Positions 53,400-64,000 of a DNA stretch of 64,000 bases are shown here, in pieces. Under the pieces are notes generated by a model that was given only the letters and a program-made list of their open reading frames with translations, had not been told where the DNA came from and searched no databases. A program made the translations under genes and the position numbers. Within the stretch, counting starts at the first letter, position 1, and each line of letters starts with the position of its first letter. The stretch comes from Octopus sinensis (lineage: Eukaryota). Location of the stretch: assembly GCF_006345805.1 (NCBI RefSeq), contig NC_042997.1, forward strand, positions 36,890,001 to 36,954,000. Direction: 5' to 3'.

Positions 53400-54530
53400 A
53401 AGATCCTAATGTATAAGCAAAGTTTTGTCTTAATTGTCTAGCCAGTTTAAGACAACCTAAAACTCGAAACATCAAATTTAGAAAAAGAATACTCAAGAGA
53501 AAGACAAAATACAAAAAAAAACAACTAATAGCAAAAATAAAACATGACATAGATATAGAAAGAATGAGAGCATACATATCTAACATAGACATCACATTTG
53601 CAAAACAAACTACTGAAATCATAAAAAAAAATATTATCTTCAGACAGGGACGGAGCGTTCAGATATTGACAAAGATTGAGACATAGAAGATAAGAGAACG
53701 CATATGAGAATACTAGCAAGATAGAAAAAAAAACAAGAAAATGTACAGAAAACCATCAACTATGAGAATGAATGGTATGAGAAAAAATAAGAGACAATAA
53801 TCTTATACGGACATATTTGAAAGATTAAAATGAATACACGATCTTCCTAATAGCTTAGCTAAAGTGTCTCTCAATATTATTTTGTCTAAAACACAAAATA
53901 AAGAAATGCAAAGAATGCATATCAAAGAGCTTAATAAAAATAGACACAAGCATCAATTTTACCATGATTAACCAGATAATATATGCACTTACCATAGTAA
54001 TTATAATGGAATATAAGTATTCACTCATATTTATTCATATAGAAAAATCGAAACAATTATGTAATATTGAAAACAAACATCCAGGCAAAACCAGAATATG
54101 AAAGATGAGTTCACAATCCTTAAGGAAAAACATAAATAAAAATCTTGAAAGACCGACAACTACTAAAGAAATATAACAAAACTAAAAAAGATATTATTCT
54201 GATATCAAAGAAAGTCTTCCTCATTATATCACAAAGAATCATCGTTAAAAAATATGATTCTTTGAACAAAACAAACTGTTCTACGTAATTGAAAACGATT
54301 TTATCAGTATCTATGTAAAAGTGAAATAAAAATTAAAGCAGCGCCATAGAAAGTAAAGTAAAAGAAATTGTGAATTGGCGAACAATATACAATATAGATA
54401 CGTTATATAGCCAAAGTTCTGCGGATGCCATCGATACATATCATACAGAAAATAACGTTAAAAATATCCCAAAGAACAGCAACCGAATTCGAAAACAAAC
54501 AGTAGCAAGATTGAAGAATAACTGGCATTA
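53400..54530 (+). mobile_element. Possible R4/Dong N-terminal region remnant
   Basis: A-rich coding-like strand with KVKEIVNWRTIYNIDTLYSQSSADAI, weakly like the R4 N-terminal region. The assignment is tentative. Confidence 0.25.
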
Positions 54531-55171
54531 GCTTATTATTGCAATGTTATCGATTTTTATCAGATAAAAATGCATTTGAAACGTAGAATGAATCAAATTA
54601 GAAAGATAAAAAAGTTGTAGTTATAAAATTCTGTACGTAAATATGTGAAATTGTAAAGGACATCGAACTTCAATGTTTCCATAGATTAAAAATTAAGCAG
54701 AACTAGATGACATCAGTAAAAGTATAGAACTGGTAAGAATATGGAGGGTTAACGAAATTGAAAGGATATCACGGAAGAGTATGTTCACATCAAGTCTAGT
54801 ACCTGAATAATTGAAGGGATCCATATCAGCTCATTAAATATCAAGGAAGTTACTGGAAACTGTAGTGAGGAGTCCTTGTATTTTGGTTGCAATATTTGGC
54901 ACACATCCACCTGTTGCATGTAGAAAGAGTTAATGATCTGCTTAGAGAGTCGAACAACAAATCAGAAGGTGATGAAGCAATTGGCTCAATTTTTTCTTAA
55001 TCTCTGAAACTGAAGAAAGACAAAACACAAAATTATACTGATCTATCATCTGTCGGCCCAGAGAAAAAAATGTTAAAGTAACAATAACGTAGGTAATTAA
55101 TGATTGCTTAGAATAAAATGGTTTACGATATATACCCATAAAACTTTGAAATATATACATACATACATACA

Positions 55172-55209
<38 letters not shown>

Positions 55210-55219
55210 TATATAGAGA

Positions 55220-55346
55220 GAGAGAGGTAGATAGATAGATAGATAGATAGACAGATAGACAGATAGAGAGACAGACAGACAGACAGACAGATAGATAGAC
55301 AGACAGACAGACAGATATAGATAGATAGATAGATAGATACATAGGT

Positions 55347-55379
<33 letters not shown>

Positions 55380-55472
55380 TAGATAGATAGATAGGTAGAT
55401 AGATAGATAAATATATATATAGGTAGATAGATAGATAGATAGATAGATAGGTAGATAGATAGATAGATAGAC

Positions 55473-55536
<64 letters not shown>
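55220..55536. repeat. Compound (GATA)n/(GACA)n microsatellite
   Basis: Directly visible. Confidence 0.97.
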
Positions 55537-55537
<1 letters not shown>

Positions 55538-57518
55538 TATTTCTTTATTAGCCACACAGGGCTGCACACAGATAGAACAAATTACAAGGTAGAGCTTTTC
55601 TTTTGAAGGTTTAAAAAAAAAAACGAAAAAAAAAGGAAGGGGGGAGTTTCGATCAAAAGGGATCGTAAAAGGAGAGAAAGAGGACAAAAAAAGAGGGGTT
55701 AAAGAAAAAGGGGGAGAGGAAAAAAATTTTGATCAATAGGGATTGTTATCACAGAAATGTCAATATGAAGTGTAAAGGGGAGGACAGGTGAGGTTTACCC
55801 GTGGAAAGAAAAGCCTACGGAAAAGACCACGGTAACTTCGGTCAATGGAGTCACATGTTATATTTCTTTTTTTTTTTTTTGCGGATAAGCAACTCTCTGT
55901 TTTCAATTTCTGGGTTCATAGGATTATGCTCAAGGTGGCTTCGTCATTCATACGTGCCATTCTTGCTACATTCACCCATCTTTTTTTAAAAATATTCGCT
56001 AGACAAATCTTGCCTCTCTACTCTCACTTTCCTTTTCAAGTGGTACTTGAAGAAGTTGATGAGAGATTGACCAGAGAGGAAAGTGTTTGTCTCCAATACT
56101 TTCAGACGCGTCCACCAGATACATTCTTTCGCCATAGCCACAAAGATGATGAAAATAGCTCTTCCTTCCCGTTTGAAGGAAGGAGGCGTGACAATATTGA
56201 CGATAGACTCAGCTGATAAACCGACTCGTCCCACACGTGACAGCAGTTGTTCGACATAAGCCCACAGGTCGGAAATTGTTGGACACTGCACGAGTGCGTG
56301 CAGAAAGGTTTCGTCGCTCTGACCGCATCTCGGGCAGGTCGGCCCCGTGTTTCTCGAGCCGTGTCTGTAGAGCTTATCCCGAACGGGTAGCGCTTCTCGG
56401 TAGCACTCGTTCCAGTTCTTCTCCACTTGGAGGTCCGGACTAAACCAGACCCCGAGCAAATCAACCGAGCCGTCGGTCCAGCGTCCCACGACGGAGGCGC
56501 TGGTGGACGGCATGGGCTTGCTTCTTCAGGTGCCTAGTCGCAAGCCCACTGACTTTTCCCGGTTGATTTTCCTGTCACCGCTTCGTAGTTTTTCAGTGTC
56601 TCGCCGACCTGCTCAATGTGCTCGTGGCTAGACACTATGACGGTGACGTCGTCCGCGTATGCAGACAAGCTCGTCCCGCATCCCAGTTCTCGCGGGATGC
56701 CTCTCAAAGTTGCCAGCTTCCGCAATAATGGCTCGAGAGTCAATACGTATAGAAGCGTCGAGAGGGGGCATCCCTGACGGACCGAACGTGAGATGTCAAA
56801 GGGTCTCAATAGATGTCCATTCACGCGAATTACCGAACGGATGCCTCTGTACAAAGCGGCTATCCAGCCGCGGAAGACGGGACCGAAGCCAGCCGCTCCG
56901 AGGACCGCCTCCAAGTATCGATGGTCCACCCTATCGAAAGCTTTCGATTGATCCAAATTGATCAGCGCCACACCCATGCCAGGTTCGTTAACTACCCTGT
57001 ATATGATGTAGCGCATCAGGTGGAGGTTGTCATGGATGGTCCGGCCTGGCACGGCGCATGTTTGCGCCTTGTCGACCAGTTTCCCGATGACAAGCGCCAA
57101 CCTCTTGGCTAGCACCTTGGCCAAAATTTTCAAGTCTGCATTAAGCAGAGTGATGGGCCTAAAGTTATCTATTACATTTCCCTTGTTTAGATTTTTCTTC
57201 AGCAGTGTTACGGCTCCTCGGCTCACAAAACCAGGAATGCTCCCGTTTTGCTGCCAGTTGCAGTACACCGCCGCCAAGAGATCTCCAAACAAGTCTGGCA
57301 TACAATTGTAAAGTCCACCCTACGTTCTTGCCCTCCACTCGTTCCGAACAGTCGGGCAACATGCTGCTGAAAGGCCTCACACATTTTACTTGGCTCGAGC
57401 AATTCGCGCCCCTGTTCATCTACCAGGGACCGAATGGTGGCTTTGTTGCCCTGTTGCGCCTCTGCCACGCGGGCCTCTCTCGCGGCTCCAACACCTTTGT
57501 TCCTTAGAGCACACATCC
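55537..57518 (-). mobile_element. 5'-truncated, internally deleted Tx1-clade LINE flanked by (GATA)n
   Basis: GC-rich island with RT motifs NFRPITLLNADLKILAKVLAKRL, LDQSKAFDRVDH, VRQGCPLS and AYADDVT, plus zinc motif CPRCGQSDETFLHALVQC. The 3' end on minus has aataaa before (tcta)n. Confidence 0.9.
56534..57301 (-). pseudogene. Reverse transcriptase domain of Tx1-type ORF2 (255-aa open fragment)
   Basis: Track ORF covers the RT core through YADD, then frameshifts or is deleted. Confidence 0.9.
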
Positions 57519-57598
<80 letters not shown>

Positions 57599-57606
57599 GA
57601 GATAGG

Positions 57607-57682
<76 letters not shown>
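57519..57682. repeat. (GATA)n microsatellite
   Basis: Directly visible. Confidence 0.98.
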
Positions 57683-57683
<1 letters not shown>

Positions 57684-58463
57684 GATTGGGTTTTGGTCTT
57701 CAACGAAATTAAGATATATGAAACATGCTGAATGTGGGGGAAGGAAGAAAATTAGACGAATGAAGAAAAAATGAATTTGATTAGAAGAAAAGGTAACCCA
57801 TATTCTATGCTAGAAGTGAAGAAATAATGTAACATTGCCAAAGAAATCCATTACATGTGTCATACTCGGGAAAAATATAAAAATCTACAAATATATATGT
57901 AACCTGATAAGAATACGGTTACTAAAAATGCGTTTGGAAAGAAGCAATTAATTGGATTTCTAGCTAAGAGAATATTCATTGATGGCAGAGTTACACATAT
58001 GATATTCTTGAAATTATACCACCACCATGAAGTAATGCTTTAAAAGAATTAGTCAAAATATTTTTACACTAACAACCATATCATAGCCTCTGGTATATCA
58101 GAGCCTAAACACGAGTGATCTAAACTAATGCACCCCATATTGATGTAAGTCAACAGAAACGAAGGCACTTCCCTAATTAGAAGCTGTATAAAATTATAAT
58201 GCAGCTTTATAATAAATGGAAGAAATATCCAATTAAAAATATCTTGAAAAAGAAGTATACTCAATTTTAGAAAAAAAATCGGAAAAATACCCTTGCACAA
58301 CACGTATCTCAACCATATACCCTTACACAATACGTATCCCGGAAATTATTTAAAGGAAGTTAAGAAATAATCATAACTCAGATATCAGGGCATATAATTA
58401 TGCTATGTACAACATAGAGTAAAAGAAATAATAAAGAGTATTGCAGCTTTAGGACATAAACAG

Positions 58464-58870
58464 GGCACAGGAGCGGCTGTGTGGTAAGTAGCTTGCTTAG
58501 CAACCACGTGGTATCTGGGTTCAGTCCCACTGTTTGGCAGTATGGGCAAGTGTCTTCTACTATAGCCTCGGTGCGACCAAAGCCTTGTGAGTGGATTTGG
58601 GAGACGGAAACTGAAGGAAGCCCGTCGTATATATGTATATGAATATATATATGTGTGTGAGTTTGTTTGTCTGTGTTTGTCCTCCCCAACATCGCTTGGC
58701 AACCGATGCTGGTGTGTTTATGTCCCCGTAACCTAGCGGTTCTGTAAAAGAAACCGATATAATAAGTACTAGGCTTACAAAGAATAAGCCCTGGGGTCGA
58801 TTTCCTCGATTAAAGTTGGTGCTCCAGCATGGCCGCAGTCAAATGACGGAAATAAATAAAAGAAAAAGAA
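58464..58870 (+). mobile_element. SINE family A, full length
   Basis: Matches the other family A copies. Confidence 0.9.
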
Positions 58871-60505
58871 TAAACTACTCTGAATTTAATAGCAATGCAA
58901 AAACAAAACACTGGTTATGTCGATGGCAAAGAAAACTATCTTAACTTGTGCTGTGACATCGTGCAAGGAAAATAAGAGTAGGAAAGATTAGAAAGGACAA
59001 CCTATGGGTTAAGCGCTTATAAGCTATGAATGCAAGAGTGGATATATTATAAGATTGGATATATTAATAAGAGCGAATGTCTCATCAGGCAGTGAAGAAG
59101 TACTTTTGAGGTTTCGGTCACTCACACCGCATTATCTTTAAATGTATCCGTTGTGTGACATTGCATAATGTAACTTTCTCTAAGCCTCAGTCTTAATCGC
59201 ATTTATCCGAATTGAAGATTGAATTTTAATGCATCGAAAACATTTTCGTTCTGATTAGAAGTAAATATGTTTGCAAATTCAGCGTATTTTTATGCAATTT
59301 ATAAGGGAGAGAAAGAAATTTAAGCAAACCATTGTACTGATAGGAGCTGAAGACCAAATCATATAATGAAATTGCACGACAATTATAGATGAAGTTGAAA
59401 GACTTTAATTTATATTCATAAATCTATTTATCTACATATATATCGTTATCTAGGGAGAAAGACGTTGACAGAAATGGAGGCTGGGAAGCACATGGAACTT
59501 GAGAAATTCTTAGACAAATGAATAGTCAGATTGCCGAAACTGAAATGAAATTGCATTTTGATGATAATGATGATGTGTATATATATATATATATATATAT
59601 ATTGTTCTGTTTATCAAGTTAGCCTTGATATTAACTCTCACGCGACTCTGCATCTTTCTTTCTCTCCCATTCCCTTTTTCGTCTTTTTTCCCTCACTTAA
59701 CTTGTCTCTTCGTCTCTCTCTCATTCTTTATTCTCTCTCTCCCTTTCACCATTCTTCATGGTCTCCTCGCACCATTCCCCTTCTTCTCTCTCTTCCTCTT
59801 GCTCCTCCTCCCCCATTCCCGTCATCCATCTGCGACGATACTTCCGTCGTAACTGCTATCCTGTCCTTTCTCGCCCGCCTTGCAAGGCTTCTGGTTGACA
59901 AATTTTCCTCTCTGTCTTCCACGATAATCCAGCGTTTACAATACTTTTTTCGTCTGGCGTTACAGCCCTTCCTATCTTGTTCTCCTTGTCTTGTCTCTCA
60001 CTGTTATATATTTATTTTTCCACTGTTTATATATATATTTTTTACTGTTTATATGTTTGTACTGTCGTTACCGTCTTGCTTTTTTTACCCCTCTGCGAAA
60101 AGATCTCAGAATTTTAATTGATTTGCTTTTCGCGGAAGGAATTTTTCTTCGAAGTATACGTCTCGCTTTTATCCTTCGAAACGTTTAGTAGATGAAATCT
60201 TAGCGACTGAAGAAGGGGATTTTTCGTTCTGCTTATTGTCCTGTATCTCTCCCTTTTTTTTGCTTGTCTTGTTCCTTGGTTTGTGTCTATGTGTTTCGTC
60301 TCTCTATGTGTTCGACATCTTTTGGTGTCCTGTACACATATATGCGTGTATATGTACATGTAGAGGTAGGTACGTACATATATGTTTATATATATGCATA
60401 TATTCTATTTTATTAACATATATATATAGATATATATATATATATATATACAAACATAAATATATATTCATATTTAAATATATCTTCTCTCCACCTCCAT
60501 CTCTC

Positions 60506-60557
<52 letters not shown>

Positions 60558-60834
60558 GCAAACATAAATATATATTCATATTTAAATATAACTTCTCCCC
60601 CCTATTTCAATATATTGAATATTCCCTGCTTTACCATATGCTTTCATGCGCCGACCTTGGTCATCTACCGTGAAATATGAAAAAAAAACACATTTTCGGC
60701 TTATCCTACTCGATACGAAAAAACACCACAACCCCTGTCTCAAGTACTACTGTCCCTGAAAGTTGATTTATTTATATTTACTAGGGATTGCTTGAAGCTA
60801 ACTTTCGTCCTACACATCGACCCTTGGATCTTAC

Positions 60835-60889
<55 letters not shown>

Positions 60890-60895
<6 letters not shown>

Positions 60896-61555
60896 TAATA
60901 AATATTAGGGAATATATCCAAATTTACAGGGAAAAAAAACCAGATTTAGGATTAAATCCAATTTTATAGTAAAATATTATAAAATATTATTTGAGACAAA
61001 ACCACTATTTTGCAAAACAAACAAGGAAAGACTTAATCAATACATAAAATTTAATAAATAGTCAAAAAAACCGCCACTACAATTATATTGAGGTTTATAA
61101 GTTAGTATAGGTATGTGTATAAGTCGTGAGTTTGTGGTTTACGTGTGTGTATTTGTGTGTGAATGTTTAGGTTAGGGGGTTTACTTTATAGGTTTGTTAT
61201 AGAGTTTAGCAAAGGGAGATTTTATCGTTATATGTTTTTAAGAGTTTTGTTTTATCATGGTTTTTTTAGGGAATTCGTGGTAATTAGTCTATATTTTCGA
61301 TATGGATTATATATAGGTTATATATGGATTATATACTTATATTTTTTCATTTATACTTTAATTATTTAAAAGTATTATTTTTATATTTTAAAATTTTGAT
61401 TTTTTAGATTGGAAGTCCACCTGAAGATTGTCGATCAAGACAAGAAACGATTGTAGTGGCGGTTTTTTTGACTATTTATTAAATGTTATGTATTGATTAA
61501 GTCTTTCCTTGTTTGTTTTGCAAAATAGTGGTTTTGTCTCAAATAATATTTTATA
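60890..61555 (+). mobile_element. Penelope-like pLTR-type fragment with 106-bp inverted arms (60978-61083 and 61450-61555), flanked by (TA)n
   Basis: The arms differ at one visible position. The right arm begins inside a hammerhead motif. Confidence 0.65.
61417..61459 (+). ncRNA. Minimal type I hammerhead ribozyme, intact core, GUA site
   Basis: ccac-CTGAAGA-ttgtc-gatcaa-gacaa-GAAAC-gatt-GTA-gtgg. Stem I is 4 bp, stem II is a perfect 5 bp, and stem III ACGATTGT is self-complementary with G-U pairs. Confidence 0.8.
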
Positions 61556-61793
61556 TATATATATATATATATTAATAAATATAAGGGTAGCAAAAAATTT
61601 CTAGAAAAAATTCTCCGCTACCAGCGGTCTACTGAGAAAGAGAAGATAGTCAAAGACTATATAATATACATTCAACAATATAAGGAATGGCCATAATAGG
61701 CCATTCGACTCACTAGAAAGAGCAGCCAAACTCAAACCACTACATATTGTAATTCTGAAATTGAAAGAGAAATAAAATCACTTACCCCTTTCA

Positions 61794-61888
61794 TCTCTGG
61801 ACTATGCATAGTTTCGACAAACTTTGGTAAACAAATTAATTAAATTAAATTAAATTTATTTACAACTGGCGTGCCTCGTCAGCAGAGA
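61794..61888 (-). ncRNA. Type I hammerhead ribozyme, fully canonical, GUC site
   Basis: Minus strand: tctctg-CTGACGA-ggca[AT-rich extended hairpin]tgtc-GAAAC-tatgcata-GTC-cagaga. Stem I is a perfect 6 bp and stem III is 4 bp with a tetraloop. Confidence 0.9.
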
Positions 61889-61914
61889 AGCCGAGGACGA
61901 GTATATATCCACGA

Positions 61915-61972
<58 letters not shown>

Positions 61973-63402
61973 GATCCAGTTCAAATAGGTACTTAAACTG
62001 AAGTCCGCTCAGCTGAAAGTAAGGTAAATAAAATCAAAATAAGCAACAGGGTATCAAGTCGTAAAGCACTACCAGTAAAATAAAGATTAAACAAAGCACA
62101 TAGGTTGCATATGTAGGATTGCTAATGTTTATGTACCAGTTCTGTTTTTAATTTGTAATTTAATATATACATGCATACACACAAACACACACATGCACAT
62201 ACATATTTATGTGTATGTGTATATTATATGTGATTTTATTACATGTGTGTGTGAGTGTGTGTGTCTGTGTGTCTGCGAGCAATTTCAGTGGAGGGAGTTT
62301 GACGATTATGTCGACTGTCGTCCCTAATGTTAAAGTGGTACTTTTAGTTGACTATTCTTGTTATGATTGTGTGTCTTATGTTGTATGTAAAAACGTTATA
62401 TCTCCATCCGTGTACATTCCAGGAATGTGCATTTGGGCTGAATACCTTAATGTCATGTCGCTCCACATCCTATTTTTGAGATAAATAGACAAATATGCAT
62501 AGAGACATGCACGAACGCACGTGCGCACGCACATACGCACATATGCACACACACACATGCAGACAAACACTCACACATGTATACAAACATATACGCATAC
62601 ATTGATATTGCGGTCCCTCGTGTTTCTTATTGCATCGCTTCACTTTTTTCGTACATCTATGGTTCTGAATATACTTCTCTTGGCTTCAATATACAAATTT
62701 GTATATTGGTTTGGAGTCTGAATTAATAATGTATTTGAACTATCGGGTGTAATAACATTTGGTCCCGACATACTTACATTACTAAATCCTTGTCCTCTCC
62801 TGTTTTTCAAATTCAATTCAATCACTTAGTATGGAATCCTAACGCTTCAAAAGCCACTAATGTGAGTGAACTATTAAGAATCTCAGCGAATTTGTGGAAC
62901 CATTCTATCTACGCATATATTTAAAAGTGTATCCATTTATAGTCGGTGTTATCTTTATATAATTTATTTATAATGCTGTTCCATGTATTTGTTTTAGTTA
63001 TCAACTGTGAATTGGAGAAAGGACGTACGCTGCATTATACTATGAGATAAAGAAATATTGAAACATAGACACATTGAATTTATTAATAAATCAAGTTGGT
63101 TCCATGCAAGATAGAATATATGGCACCGTAAGTATTACGTTCATAAAAACGGTGCATTAATTCACTCGATCCTCAACCTCTCTGCGATTATTGTTCCTTC
63201 ATTCTGCGAGTAGAGTTCTATTACACGTTGTCTGTTGTCAAGTTCAACTATTGTATTGGCCACGGGTATAAGGTTGACAAAACAAATATACACACTTTTG
63301 TAAGAAACATATGTTAGAAGAATCGAGGCTGAAAATATCTGATTACAAAACTCGATATAATTATCCTAAATGTAATATGTGAAAATAATTTGCATATAAA
63401 GG

Positions 63403-63731
63403 GGTAAAGACCCCCTTCGGTCATGAATGACCATGGGATTGCACCTAGAAAGTTACCCTCCTAGACACAAGTCCGGGCAAGGTTGTTTATGGAAGACCAG
63501 CAGTCGCCCATGCATACCAGCCTCCCCTCTCCACGCCACCAGTGTTATCCAAGGGAAAGACAAAGGTCGATACAGCTTGGCACCAGTGACGACGCAACTC
63601 ATTTCTACAGCTGAGTGAACTGGAGCAACGTGAAATAAAGTGCCTTGCTCAAGAACACAACACGCAGCCCGGTTCGGGATTAGAACTCACAACCTCACGA
63701 TCGTAAGCTCGACGCTCTAACCACTGAGCCA
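63403..63731 (-). mobile_element. SINE family D
   Basis: Near-identical to 27168-27500. Confidence 0.9.
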
Positions 63732-64000
63732 AAACAACGTAGATTACTTGTAGAATGTATAAAGATGAAAAAGTGGATTAGTGAAACAACGCATGACGGA
63801 ATAAGGTGAAAATACCAATGATCATCATATAGTTAACAATTACTAAGAATGAAATACCAATTAATTAACACCTATGTATCAATTAAAGAGGGAGCAAATT
63901 TTACTTGGGTGGAGATTTTGTGTACATATCTAACATTAGGTTATTGAAGATACTAATCTCAAACAGCAGTTTTGAATATATTAATAACATACACATATCT

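Noticed and set aside
59558-60121. 187-aa plus-strand ORF
   Set aside because: It reflects a pyrimidine-rich low-complexity tract (S, L, P, F bias) that begins in a microsatellite.

Overview
This is AT-rich, repeat-dominated eukaryotic DNA with no prokaryotic features. The SINE families, (TA)n/(GATA)n/(TAA)n microsatellites and LINE types resemble an octopod cephalopod genome; that assignment is from pattern recall and is unverified. Most of the window is microsatellites, about 20 copies of four tRNA-headed SINE families, and decayed transposons: R4/Dong, Penelope-like, CR1/L2-like, RTE and Tx1 retroelements, plus mariner and maT (DD37D) DNA transposons and small foldback elements. The only plausible host coding sequence is a basic, coiled-coil-like terminal exon at 22685-22996 (-), with a possible 27-nt microexon at 33704-33730 (+). 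The most notable signal is a set of hammerhead ribozyme (HHR) motifs in short non-coding elements that abut (TA)n arrays. Four motifs, from three unrelated elements, have intact cores. Two lie in a 593-bp tandem duplication (37256-37355 and 37849-37948, -), a retrozyme-like arrangement that could release a 593-nt monomer RNA. One lies at 61417-61459 (+) inside an inverted-repeat structure, and one at 61794-61888 (-). Several degenerate motifs also occur. Also notable are a Tx1 LINE flanked on both sides by (GATA)n and a perfect 194-bp inverted duplication. All folding and homology calls were made by eye, and most element boundaries are approximate.
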